Positions 49,653 to 59,815 of a stretch of DNA of 64,000 nucleotides are shown here, one piece after another. How positions within the stretch are numbered: the first letter of the stretch is position 1; each line of letters starts with the position of its first letter. The DNA is from Blastocladiella emersonii ATCC 22665 (taxonomy: Eukaryota > Fungi > Blastocladiomycota), in assembly GCA_025594325.1 (NCBI GenBank), contig JANHCV010000014.1, positions 868,001 to 932,000 of the forward strand, read 5' to 3'. Both the position numbers and the translations under genes were made by a program. The notes below the pieces were generated by a model. The model made no database searches. It saw nothing but the letters and a program-made list of their open reading frames with translations, and was not told the origin of the DNA.

Positions 49653-51001
49653 TGAACGGCTCTTGGCTTCTGGCTGCAGTTGATTGTGCGGTTGTTATCG
49701 TAGTTGTTGCGCCAATCAGGTAGTTGCGCAATCCGCAAGCTGTTGCTTGACAACGGGGCAGCGTGTGCACATTTCCAAGATTCAAGGACGTCCGCACCTA
49801 ACAACAAATTGCATATTTATTCCCGCTCGCTACGTTGACGGGCTCCGTCGCTCGCGCTTCTCATGAACGCTAATTTCCGACACTGCGCGCTCAAACACGG
49901 GAAGACTCTTGCGCGCCCGCGAGATCCGTTTCAGCTCGTCGAGATGACAAACCTCCATCCCAGGCGCGCCAGCGATGCGACGCACGTCCGCATCCTGGAG
50001 CACATTGACAAGGGCGTCGTCGGGAATCCATTCCGTGAGGGCTGGGGCGACTGGCGAAAGTGCGTCAATCAGATCGGCCAACAGCCGCTGCATTTTACTT
50101 TGCAACTTGGCCACAATCAAACGAGTCGTGCCGGTGCCAGTGGGAGCGCAGCATGTGTTGGCGAGCTCGTAATCGTGCGCATACTCGTGGTTCGGTTTCG
50201 GCGCGGCAAGGTAGACGGCGAGCGATTGGGACAGGTCAGTCTCGGGGCTCACAAGCGCGAGGAGCGAGACGAAAGCGTTGCGCCACGGGGTTTGATACGA
50301 GAGCGGGCAGTCAGGACAGGTCATGAAGCCGGGGGGAAGGGTTGGGAAGATAGGGTCCCTGTCGGACGAAAGATGCGCAGCGAGCATCGCGCACAGCAGT
50401 TGGCCAGCAGTGCCCAAGCCACGAATGACCTCGAGGGCGCGACCTTTGGTCCCCTCAACTGCCAGAACCGAGGTTGTCAGCCACGAAAGCGCGTGAGAAG
50501 CTATGATCGTTGGAAAACTGTCCATCTTGGTGGGAAGCAGTCGCGTGACGATTGCTAGGACATCGAGTCGGGCGGCCGTCGGCTTGTCCACGTCAAGCAG
50601 TGCAACGATGGCCCCGAAGCGCCGGCCCGGATTGGGATCTTTGAATTTGAGCGCCTCAGCCGCAAAACGCTCGGTAAACTTTGCATGGCCCGCTGCAAGC
50701 GCTAACGCAAGCAAACAATCAAGGATGCGGCCGCTGATTGAGGGTTCGTTGTAGGCGGCTGAGAATGCTGTAAAATGTGCAATAGGTGAGTGGTTGGCTA
50801 GGTTTATCCACAGGGAGACAAGCAAAAGGAACGTACCTTTCTCAAGTACCGCCTCCCAAGTAGCTTCCCGAGGGGTCATGGCGGTGCAAAGTGAACCAAC
50901 CACGTCATCTTGCTGTTCAAGCAAGGCACGGCAAAGCAGCTTGGCAAAGTAGTCGTGTCCAAAAAATGCAAACGGATACGTCATCGGGAAATTGGGGGTT
51001 A

Positions 51002-51291
51002 AGATCTCGAAGAGATCTAGCTAGATCTTTCATAGATCTTAGGGTTTCGGGGGCCAAAATAGCCGGGGAAGATCTAGGTAGAAATCCACTGCAAACCTAT
51101 GTTTTCTATAGATCTCACCATAGATCTATCCCTCCCGTCCAGCCGAGCTCGACTCCGTCAGGGCCGATAGATCTTTGCAACGAACGTAGATTCCCCGCCG
51201 CTGAGGAGACCTGTGAGATTTTCAAGCGATCTTCGCCAAGCGAGAGATCTCAGCACACAACGGGAGAGTTCGATGAGTGAGAAACAGATCT
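51002..51291. repeat. Left subterminal AGATCT array
   Basis: Ten perfect AGATCT at 51002, 51013, 51023, 51034, 51070, 51110, 51122, 51169, 51245 and 51286, plus variants. Confidence 0.92.
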
Positions 51292-51307
51292 GTATTGTGC
51301 ATCAAAT

Positions 51308-52151
51308 CTACGCGTCGTCGTCGTCGTCGTCGCTATCCAGCGCGACTCCGTACGGACTCGCGCCTCGGGCACCCGCCGCCGAGGCTGCGGTCGCAGCGGC
51401 AGCGGCAGCGGCGGTGGACTTGGTGAACGACCGGCGCACGACCTCCTCCGTAATCATGCGGACAAACGGGTGAGCGGCCCGGCGACGCTCGATGCTCGCA
51501 ACCAGCGAGTGGAAGTAGCTGCGGCGGAACATGTCGACATCCACGATGGGCGCCGCCGACCCCTGCACGTACGACTGGACCACGGGAGCAAACTACACAG
51601 ACACGTTGGGGCGTGAGCTACGAAGCGAGTCAGGATCGTGCGCGACGCGTACCAGCTCGATGAAGTACACCATGTCGACGAGCGTGCGATCAGGTGCGAG
51701 TCGATCCACGATGGCGAACAGGTGCGGCCCGGGCAGCTTTGCTACGTCGGCCAGCGGTGGCGTTAGCGTGGGCGACCAGACACGCGAAAACACACGCACG
51801 ACTCGGGGAGGGGGACAGGTCGCCTAGGGTGCGCGAGCGGGTGCCATGGGCAGTCAGCTTGACGATGCCGCGGGCGTAGGTTCTATAGGCGGGGCGGTCC
51901 GGGTCAGATCGCTGGTTGGGAAGCAGCCCAAAGCGGACGATCGCAAACATACGTCGTTGCCCTGCGGTTCCAGTCGAACGTGAGGTTGAGCAGCACCTCG
52001 GACTTGCGGTTGCTGGGCGCCGTCGCCGCGCGCGCGCCACGTCGTGCGGGATACCGATGGCGGCGACGATACGCGGCGCCATGAGCATGCGACCGCAGGC
52101 CGTCTCGAGCCCCAGGAAGGATAGGACGGCAGGATCGACGAGAGCGTCCAC
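51308..52151 (-). CDS. Spliced gene of unknown function inside the TIR element (5' part unresolved)
   Basis: Introns 51952-51883 (GTATGT), 51799-51742 (GTGCGT/CTAAC) and 51652-51593 (GTACGC) splice in frame. They give SNRKSEVLLNLTFDWNRRATTTYARGIVKL...KLPGPHLFAIVDRL...VYFIELFAPVVQSY...DSDDDDDDA*. Probable slip in a (GC)n run near 52030. Confidence 0.6.
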
Positions 52152-53271
52152 GTCGCCGACGCCAGCGAGGTTCAGAGCGTCCGGGGGGCGAAGGGTGGCG
52201 TCGGCCGGCTTGGGCGGGCAGTATCAGCCGCGGCGGGACCTGGACAGCGGGAGCACGAGAGAGGCGTCAGTGAGGGCAAACCGGTGCGACGGTCAGCGGC
52301 GCGGCGTGAGGCAGCAGTTGGTGGCGGCCGTGCGAGGTGACGAGGTGGCGTGCACATGACGGCGCAGGGAGGGTCTGGCTCGTACCCGGCGCAGGCCATG
52401 GCGATGTGCCCGATGCAGTCCTGGAGCAAGTGCATGGAGTTGGATGCGTCGTAGGGGAGTTGGGGGGAAGGACGAGTGGCGGGGGAGGAGAGAGGAAGTC
52501 GGCGCCGGCGAGGGTGGGCGGTGGGCAGTGGCGACCGAGCATAGGACTTGGCCCAAAACAAACGCCGCCGATCCTCACGTGCGCTTGACCGCCGCCTTGC
52601 TTGACAGCTTCGCCGCGTCGCGTCGGTCCATGTCTCCTCCCCTCTTGTCAAGCATACACAACGCAGGTCTGAAGATCTCATTCCTGACACGCTGCAACTC
52701 CCTCGCCGCGTGGTTCCGTGGTCGAACGATCTCGAAACAGCTGCGGATCCTGGCCGTCGCTGCTCTGCCCGACCTGCTACGTGGTGAGATGCGCGAGCCG
52801 GAACTCGCTGATCCGTCCTGCAAAATTGTTGGCGGCTCTACAACATCGTGATTACGCCCGCTTACGACCTCGCTCCCGCTTGAAGGCACACTGGCAGGCA
52901 CCCGCAACCTTGATTCCTGTCGTGCCCGTGCAGCTCTTCAACAGCTCCATTTTCACGTTCCTTGACGCCGATCCTGCACACCGCCTCGAGGGAATCGATG
53001 CCCCTGGCCCTTTCTCCTTCCCACTTCGTTGGTCACGCTGCATGTGTGGTGCTCCCTGTTTGCTCACTTGAACCACGATTCTCCCGACCCGCCTGTGCGA
53101 CGCGCTGATGCACGACTGAGAGATAGTCCAGTGAACTGCTTGATTTATTCCAAACGCGACTATGGAGGACAAAGGCAGCGATGATCGGTATTGTGATTTG
53201 AGAGTCAAGGACGCGCCGCGCGAGTTTTGTCTCAAAGTCGTTCGCTGCGCGAGTGCAAGCGCTCGACTCCT

Positions 53272-53450
53272 TCCTAGATTTGTGGTCGAACACCATAGAT
53301 TACTCGTAGATCTATGTCGGGAGCCAAGATCTTCGCGAGCGGAACCACTCCGGACTGGTCGAGCGGGGCTAGATTTCCGCAGGGCTAAGATCTTCGTAGA
53401 TCACAGTGATCTAGGAAGATCTTCGTGATCCACCGCAGCGGGGTGATCCC
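53272..53450. repeat. Right subterminal AGATCT array
   Basis: Perfect AGATCT at 53308, 53327, 53388 and 53417, plus AGATT, AGATCA and TGATC variants. Confidence 0.88.
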
Positions 53451-54667
53451 CCATTTCCCGATGGTAGTCGACTCGATATCGCGGTATGTTATACGGCGCC
53501 CATTGTCATCGACCAACAGGCTTTTCTTGACCATCCAATCAACTTCGGTTCTGCCCCAGGCGTCCAAGTCCGCGCCAACCTGGGTGGGCGCGCGGGCCAT
53601 AATGAGAGGAAGTGCAAACGGTACGTGCTCAATGAGCAGATCAAGGGCCGTCTTCTCCCCCACAAACGTATTGGACCAGCCGTGCTTGTAGAGTAGCGCC
53701 ATGATGCCGGCCACGCGCTTGTACGATGGAGCCCGATCGCACATTCCATAATACACCGGGACGGCGGTAACCTCGTCCTCCAGTGCGCCAATAAGCTCCT
53801 TCGTGTTGACGCCATACTGCGGGTTCAACAACAGCTCGAACGTCTCGTCCTGCCAGTAGTTCACAGCAAGGAAAGCCAAGACATCCATCAGGCGGAGTTC
53901 AAACTGGGAGTTTTCGAAGGGGTCGGGATGCTCGTAGTCAAAGGGAAGCACCGAGTCGCTTAACATCTTGGCCCACTCGGACCACAGGAGAGCGAGTTCA
54001 AGCAGCTCTGGCCAGTAAGCTTGGATATCGTCGAGTACCTGCTGAAGGAGAAGGGGGGAGCCGGTCATGGTTGCATGTGTCGCGACGATCAGGTGAACGG
54101 CAAGCGGGTTCTGGAAGAGTTGTCCCGGCAAGGCAAGCTGAGCGACTTCGACAAGCTCAATGACATGAAAGCCGGACTCCTCGGCGGCATCGGGCAGCAA
54201 TGTGCGACGCTGCGCCTCGGCTCGGCGCCTGGCACACGGAATGAGGGCATGCATCAGCGGAACGGTGCGAGAGTAGCTGGCGGCGAGTGTCGAGGCAGTC
54301 CGAGCCTCATCTCGCGGATTAGGGTAGTGGCGAGTATCTGGGATTTGAAGTAAAGTTGAGACACATTCCAGAGCACCCTCGGATGACTGGGAAGCGAGAC
54401 GGGAGATGATCCATGCAGGGAGTGCGAGCGGATCGGACGCAAAGCGATGCATAGCTTTCGAGGCGAGGACGACCGTCACGCGCGGTCGTGCGAGCTGGAC
54501 CACAGCAAGCACGAGATCGGTTGGAAGATTTCCAAAGCGGAGCGCCCGCATCGTTCCCGGTGAAGGTGGCCGAGTAGATTGCATAGTCATTCATTGGTGT
54601 CACCTCCATTTGCTTCATGACAGCGTCTGCAACGGGAGAGCGAAGCGCGTCGTGGCGTCTTCCTCCC

Positions 54668-54702
54668 ATCACATGACCGCCACCCGCCCATGAGCAACGC
54701 GT
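54668..54702 (-). promoter_or_regulatory. Composite element, P10 copy (minus strand)
   Basis: ACGCGT at 54702-54697, then GTCATGTGAT at 54677-54668, upstream of the ATG at 54590. Confidence 0.5.
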
Positions 54703-55160
54703 CGCGAAGTGCCCGTTTCCCCTCCCAGTTATGCGAGGCTGTTCCATCGCGTCGGAATTTTTTTCTCCCGAGCCACCTAGTCGCTTCACTTCTGGTAGTC
54801 AGCTGGAATGCCGCATGACGTGAAGAGCGTGCCTGCTTGGCGCTGAGCAAGTCGTCAGTCTCCGTTTCGGCGGCAAACGCATTGAACGAATGGTTGATGG
54901 GACAACGAGTGCGAACATTTCCCTGCCGTGATCGCCCTCCGTTTGTTCCGCCAGTTCAACGGATGTCTCGAGCAGCTGACTCGCGCGTCTTGTACACAGC
55001 CAAGCGCCCCGGCTATCATACGGAACCTTCGCAGGCGCAGACAATAAATTGTACGATAATTGGCGAGGTCGCTGATCAATTCGCTCACTGGCATCAAAAA
55101 CAACAAATCGGTAGTCTATCGTGGAGTGCTGGCGGTGCATTCTCTCCATGAGCCGGCTAC

Positions 55161-57578
55161 TCACAAGTCTGGCGAACCGTCGAACGTGTCCTCGAGCAGC
55201 ATCGCGTCCAGCACGTTGAGAGCCTCTGAGCTGCTGCGAGACGCCGACATGGCGCAAAGAGCTTTGCGGAACTCGGCCATTCGCACGGTCTGCGGCCCCA
55301 CGCGCACAAGTTCACGCATCACGGCGTCTGCCGGATCATACTCTGTGAGACGGACAGCAGCTGCAGCAAGCAGGGTCGTGCCCCAGATCCCGTCGAGCGC
55401 ACCGTCCGGAACGCACCTCCAAAACTCGATTGGGAGGTCTTGAGCTGAGTCGGACGTCTGGAGCAACTCGAGGACGCACTTCGAGTCCATGCGTACGAGA
55501 AATTCGACCACGCGATGCCAAGGATAAGGAACAAGAATGTCACCGCAGGTGCACGAATTCTCGCGCCGCTGCCACATCGCAAGGATAGTGTCAGCAAAGG
55601 CGGGATCCATGAGCATGTTTGTCATTTCGGTCCCGCCATGGCAAGGCAGGTCCGAGATGGAGAGCGCCCCGTCGTGAATCACAAGCAGCTCGGCAAGCGT
55701 GTCAAAGAACGACTGCTGGCTCGAGAGCGGGCAAGTTTGACACGTGGTGCGCCCATTGCCGAGGGGCAGCGCAACGTACGTATGCGGTTGACGCTGTGTG
55801 GAAAACAAGAGAAGCGAAATATGAGCTGCGGCCGTGCCCATTTCGCGGATCACCGTAACAGCCGAATCGTGAGTTGCTGGGTCACGAAGTGCTGCGACCG
55901 TGAGCCAAGCCATATAAAAGAGGTCTGCTCCATCGCGCTGAACCAGCGACGTAGTGAGAAGCGCGTTTGCAAGCAGAAAGTAGGGCCAATACGTTATGTT
56001 CTCCAACTGGCGTAGGTAGTGATGGGCAAACAATTTTTCTGCAACGCCGGGGACGACCATGGGAAGAGCGCGATCAAATGTTGGTTGCAACTCCGAAGCG
56101 GCGCTGGCCATGAGCTCCTGGATGCGGTCGGGGAAATGGCAAACGGCAAAATTGACAACCTCAGTCGGCTTTACAACCGAGCCCAAGAGACATTCATTAA
56201 TGACTAGACAGGGCATCGAAGCCATTAGCATTAGCGGTTGAACGGCATGGGATAGCCAGCGTTTCCAGCAAAGCGTAACAGTTGGTGTACCTCGAGCAAG
56301 CACAGCGCCAAGTCGATCTCCAAAGCGCTTGTCAACAAGAGCGGAAAGCGCCAATGAGCTGTCTTGCGAAAAAATAAGTTGGCGCAGTTTGCAGTCCCAG
56401 AACCAGTCGTTAAGAATGCCGTGCTTCATCAGAACAGCAAGAAATGGCGCAAAGTCGGGATCCAGCGTCCACGACCCATGCGCACAATGGTTGATGAGAG
56501 TCAGCAAGTCATCCGGATCGTTTGCGGGATCAGGCAGGAAGCCACGGTGCTGGGCCGCAAGGTGCGCAAGGAGCACAGGAGAGGGAAACCTGCACAGTTC
56601 GAGGGCAAGGAACGTATCACCGACTCTGATGAGCGGTGGATTGCTCCAGGTATTGACCAGCATAAAGTCGAGAAAGTAGATGGCATCCTCGATCGAAGCA
56701 TTGTCAGGGTCAGCGATTCCGACACACACCAAGTTCGCGGCAAATGGCTTGCGCGTGCTTATGAACAACATATCCGTGTCGCAGCCAAAGCGAGGGTCCA
56801 GGATCACCCCTAAGGTCTCCCGCTCCACCAAAGTGAGCGCAAGGAATGCAAGCACATTGGCAATTTGCGGGTCGGGTGACTCAATGCTGAGCTCGTCAAG
56901 GAGGATAGGCAGCTCAGCATGCATGTACGCGAGGTTCGAGTGAAGCTTGATCCACTTGGCCCACGGCATACGCGCCAAAAGAATATCAGGAGCTTTTGTG
57001 AGCGTGGCTTCAAGCAGGAGGCCAAGCGTTGATGACGGGGCATTATAAACTACTTCAATGAAGCCCTGGAAAAGCGAGTGGATAGGGTACTTGGTGGTAG
57101 GAAGGTAACGACGCTGGACTTGGTTAAGTGGCTGGCGAAGCAGGTTGGCCATGCGGTCGGCGGTGTTTTCCAATCCTCGTAGCAAAGCCTGTATGATGTC
57201 AAGCAGACAGTATACGGTGGCAAGGAACAGGGGCTCGATGTCATTGAACTTGAGTGGCCGGTCGTCATCTTCATCGTCGCAAACGTCGAGCACAGCGCTC
57301 ATCAGAGTCGCAGGAGTGGAAGCGCCGTCGTCCGGACAAGTCCCAGGGTGATGTTCGATAAACAAGTCATTCCAGCGGCGTTCAATCCACATTCGCTTCA
57401 CCTGCAGTTCACCGGACAGGAGCGCGAGTGCGCGCGAAGCAAGGCGGACACAGGGCCGCGGCGTGACGAGCTGGAGGACCATTGCCGTGAGCTCGGCCGG
57501 CAGCGACGAAAAGTCGAACGAGTCATAAATCGCAGTTTGCAGCAAGTCTCCTTCATTTTCCATGGGTGGTGTGTTCAT
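55161..57578 (-). CDS. Family copy P11 (divergent), intact
   Basis: Open 805-codon frame containing an in-frame 87-nt family intron (56290-56204, GTACAC..TAG). FSSLPAELTAMVLQLVTPR at the start. Also WLTVAALRDP, CQTC and LPIEFWRCVPDGALDG. Confidence 0.82.
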   Translation of the reverse strand: MNTPPMENEGDLLQTAIYDSFDFSSLPAELTAMVLQLVTPRPCVRLASRALALLSGELQVKRMWIERRWNDLFIEHHPGTCPDDGASTPATLMSAVLDVCDDEDDDRPLKFNDIEPLFLATVYCLLDIIQALLRGLENTADRMANLLRQPLNQVQRRYLPTTKYPIHSLFQGFIEVVYNAPSSTLGLLLEATLTKAPDILLARMPWAKWIKLHSNLAYMHAELPILLDELSIESPDPQIANVLAFLALTLVERETLGVILDPRFGCDTDMLFISTRKPFAANLVCVGIADPDNASIEDAIYFLDFMLVNTWSNPPLIRVGDTFLALELCRFPSPVLLAHLAAQHRGFLPDPANDPDDLLTLINHCAHGSWTLDPDFAPFLAVLMKHGILNDWFWDCKLRQLIFSQDSSLALSALVDKRFGDRLGAVLARGTPTVTLCWKRWLSHAVQPLMLMASMPCLVINECLLGSVVKPTEVVNFAVCHFPDRIQELMASAASELQPTFDRALPMVVPGVAEKLFAHHYLRQLENITYWPYFLLANALLTTSLVQRDGADLFYMAWLTVAALRDPATHDSAVTVIREMGTAAAHISLLLFSTQRQPHTYVALPLGNGRTTCQTCPLSSQQSFFDTLAELLVIHDGALSISDLPCHGGTEMTNMLMDPAFADTILAMWQRRENSCTCGDILVPYPWHRVVEFLVRMDSKCVLELLQTSDSAQDLPIEFWRCVPDGALDGIWGTTLLAAAAVRLTEYDPADAVMRELVRVGPQTVRMAEFRKALCAMSASRSSSEALNVLDAMLLEDTFDGSPDL

Positions 57579-57722
57579 AGCGACTGGTGTGCGAGGAGCG
57601 CGGGAGCAAGGGCGGCCGCCAGCGGCTCAAAGCAACGTTGGGGCAAGCGTGGGCGAGCGCCACCTCACCTCACATGTGCGACCGTCCGCTTATCTCGCTC
57701 CCTCCAAGAACACTCTGCGACC

Positions 57723-59588
57723 ATGGAAGCAACGAAAGGCTCTATGCAACTTGCGCCTATGACCCTCGAGACACTGCCGATCGACGTTGAGCGAGCGGTC
57801 GCGCGATAATTGTCACTCGGTGACGCGCCTGCCGTCCGCGCTTGCAGCCGCGCCCTCGCATCTTCTCAACCGTGGCAAGGCCGCGCCGAGTGCCGCATGC
57901 TGTTTGCGCTCGCAGCAGGCGACCAAGCTACTTTTATGAACCTCGCACCTCCGTACTATGGCCCTCGGGTCCGCCGAACCAAGCCGAAGTCCGGATCGCA
58001 CTCAAACAAGCACCAGCAACCCCGCGAGCTTGTTGCCCGCTTTCTGGAAACCATGGTCCGCCGCGACGTTGGTCCGGGACCCGCGTAGAAAATCTTGCGT
58101 ATTTATTGCCACGGAAAGCTTCCCCTCGACCTAGCTCTCTACGTCAAGCTCCACCAGATTGCGATCGAACGGCGCGCACTCAACGCCTTGGCGGCGCTCG
58201 TGACGCTCAAGAACCGCAACGGCAAGAACCGTCACAATACGTACTTTGTGTACTGCGACGCAGCAAAGGACCCCATTCCGCATTGCTTGGCCATTCTCGA
58301 CAACGTTGACGTTGACGTTGCGCCCGACGTCGCCGCCCCGCTTGTGCGCGCGACCATCTTTACCGCCTGGCGGTACCAAAAAACTTAAACTTTTTATCCC
58401 AAATTCTCGACGTGCTCACACGCTGCCGCGCGCGCTTTGATGAAAATGTCGCCGCAGTTTGTTCTTGAGCTCTTGCCTGATGCGCCGCGCCAAGAGCAGC
58501 TGCACGCCGACGATCCCAAGTGGTGCCCCTGGTCCTTTTTTCTCGCCTTCATCCGCGAATCGCACCGTGGTGGCGGAGCTCTGGCCAATGCACGGCTGCT
58601 TGCTGATCTCACCATTCTTGCCGACCACGCTGGCTACCGCGGCAGCGAAACGAACTTCCTCCGCATCGACTACGTTGACGGCGTTGAGCGTGTCCTCAAT
58701 CGCGTGCACGCGCTGCTTCCTGCTTCGTCCAAGGTCCACGCAGCGTCGCCTGCCAAGCTCAACAACCTTCTCCGGCTCATTGGCAAACATGTCATTGGCT
58801 GGAATCTCCACCGCAGTGCGTGGCTTACGATCTCAAGGCTTCCAAGTGTACACCACGGCTTTGTCGAGGAGCTCATTGAACAGCTTCGATGGTGGTGGCC
58901 GCACCAGGCTGCGCTGGAATCCATCCTTGAATCAATCTTCCAGTGGGGCCATTCACCCCGCTTTGATGCGTCGTTCGTGGTCGAGCTGGCGCAATGCGTT
59001 CCGCTTATTCTGTGCCATCGCCACCTCGTACTTCCAGCAGCATACGATTGCACCGAGGACCCTTTTACTTGGACGCTGCGAACCGAGCCGTACACGGACG
59101 CTGAGTGGCGCGATCTTTACGCCGCAACCGTCGCAGCAGCGCACGAAATTTGGCGCGCGTACTTGGCTTCGCTTGAGGACTTGGTAGGCCGGTGGAAGCT
59201 GCTTATGCGGCCGTGCAAGTGCGGGATTCTTTAATCGTTGATTGATCTTGATTACCCTGGTGCGCCGTTGCCGGGGACCAACGAGCCACTTGATGCTGCG
59301 CCGCTTGGCGTCAACGGACTCGGGCTGCAAATGGTCACGGTCGCCGAGGTGTATCTCAGTGAACCGGGACGAGTGGAAGCGTTTGCCAAGGGCGTGAACA
59401 CCTTGCGCGGGCAGCCATGGCGCCTCTCGCTGCAGTTTGTTGATCTGCTGCTCGCGGCGGAGTGGGCCCCGAAGCGCAAGGACTCGATTTTCAAATTCAT
59501 TCAGCTGGCAAGGGCTGACGGTCGCATCTCGGATGAGCCGTGGATCAAGGTCAAGAACTGGTACAATTCCTCGGTGTCGCGCGAGTGA
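57723..59588 (+). pseudogene. F-box-like gene with four in-frame TAA/TAG and no frameshift
   Basis: One frame from ATG 57723 to TGA 59586-59588, interrupted at 57807 (TAA), 58086 (TAG), 58386 (TAA) and 59232 (TAA). N-terminus LETLPIDVERAVAR*LSLGDAPAVRACSR is F-box-like. Confidence 0.75.
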
Positions 59589-59815
59589 TCTGGTTTCCGA
59601 TGAGAGTACATGCATCGCCATTTCTAACGTGTTGATGATAATACGAACGACCTCCTCCGATTTGATTTATCGGGTTCACACTTCGCGACGTTGCCGTGGA
59701 CTTGAAGGGCAGGAAAGCTCGGAGAAACGCGTCAAACAATCACGTGAGCGACACGCTCGTCAGTTTCTCACGCGTCGCGCTCAGCTTGCGCTCCTCGGGA
59801 ACCGGCTGCACGACC

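Larger units (their letters stand above)
50982..53463. mobile_element. 2482-bp DNA transposon-like element with 16/17-bp TIRs, 2-bp TSD and subterminal repeats (CACTA/EnSpm-like architecture)
   Basis: Left end CATCGGGAAATTGGGGG (50982-50998). Reverse complement of right end CATCGGGAAATGGGGG (53463-53448). GT directly repeated at 50980-50981 and 53464-53465. It interrupts P10. No DDE transposase recognised. Confidence 0.88.
49830..54590 (-). pseudogene. Family copy P10, split by a TIR element
   Basis: complement(54590-53464, 50979-50837, 50767-49830) totals 2208 nt and is open once the element and one GT copy are removed (DIEST-TYPFAFFG). Family intron at 50836-50768. Confidence 0.88.

Noticed and set aside
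51002-51291. CRISPR-like array
   Set aside because: The repeat is only a 6-bp core at irregular spacing, with no spacers or cas genes. It is explained as transposon subterminal repeats in a eukaryote.
50982-53463. Introner (element spliced out of the P10 mRNA)
   Set aside because: On the gene strand the ends are CA...TG, with no GT/GC-AG at the borders.
93-59588. Endogenous giant virus (F-box, ankyrin, SF2 and PIF1 content)
   Set aside because: No capsid, PolB, packaging ATPase or other hallmark gene is present. Genes carry spliceosomal introns and are interleaved with core fungal genes.
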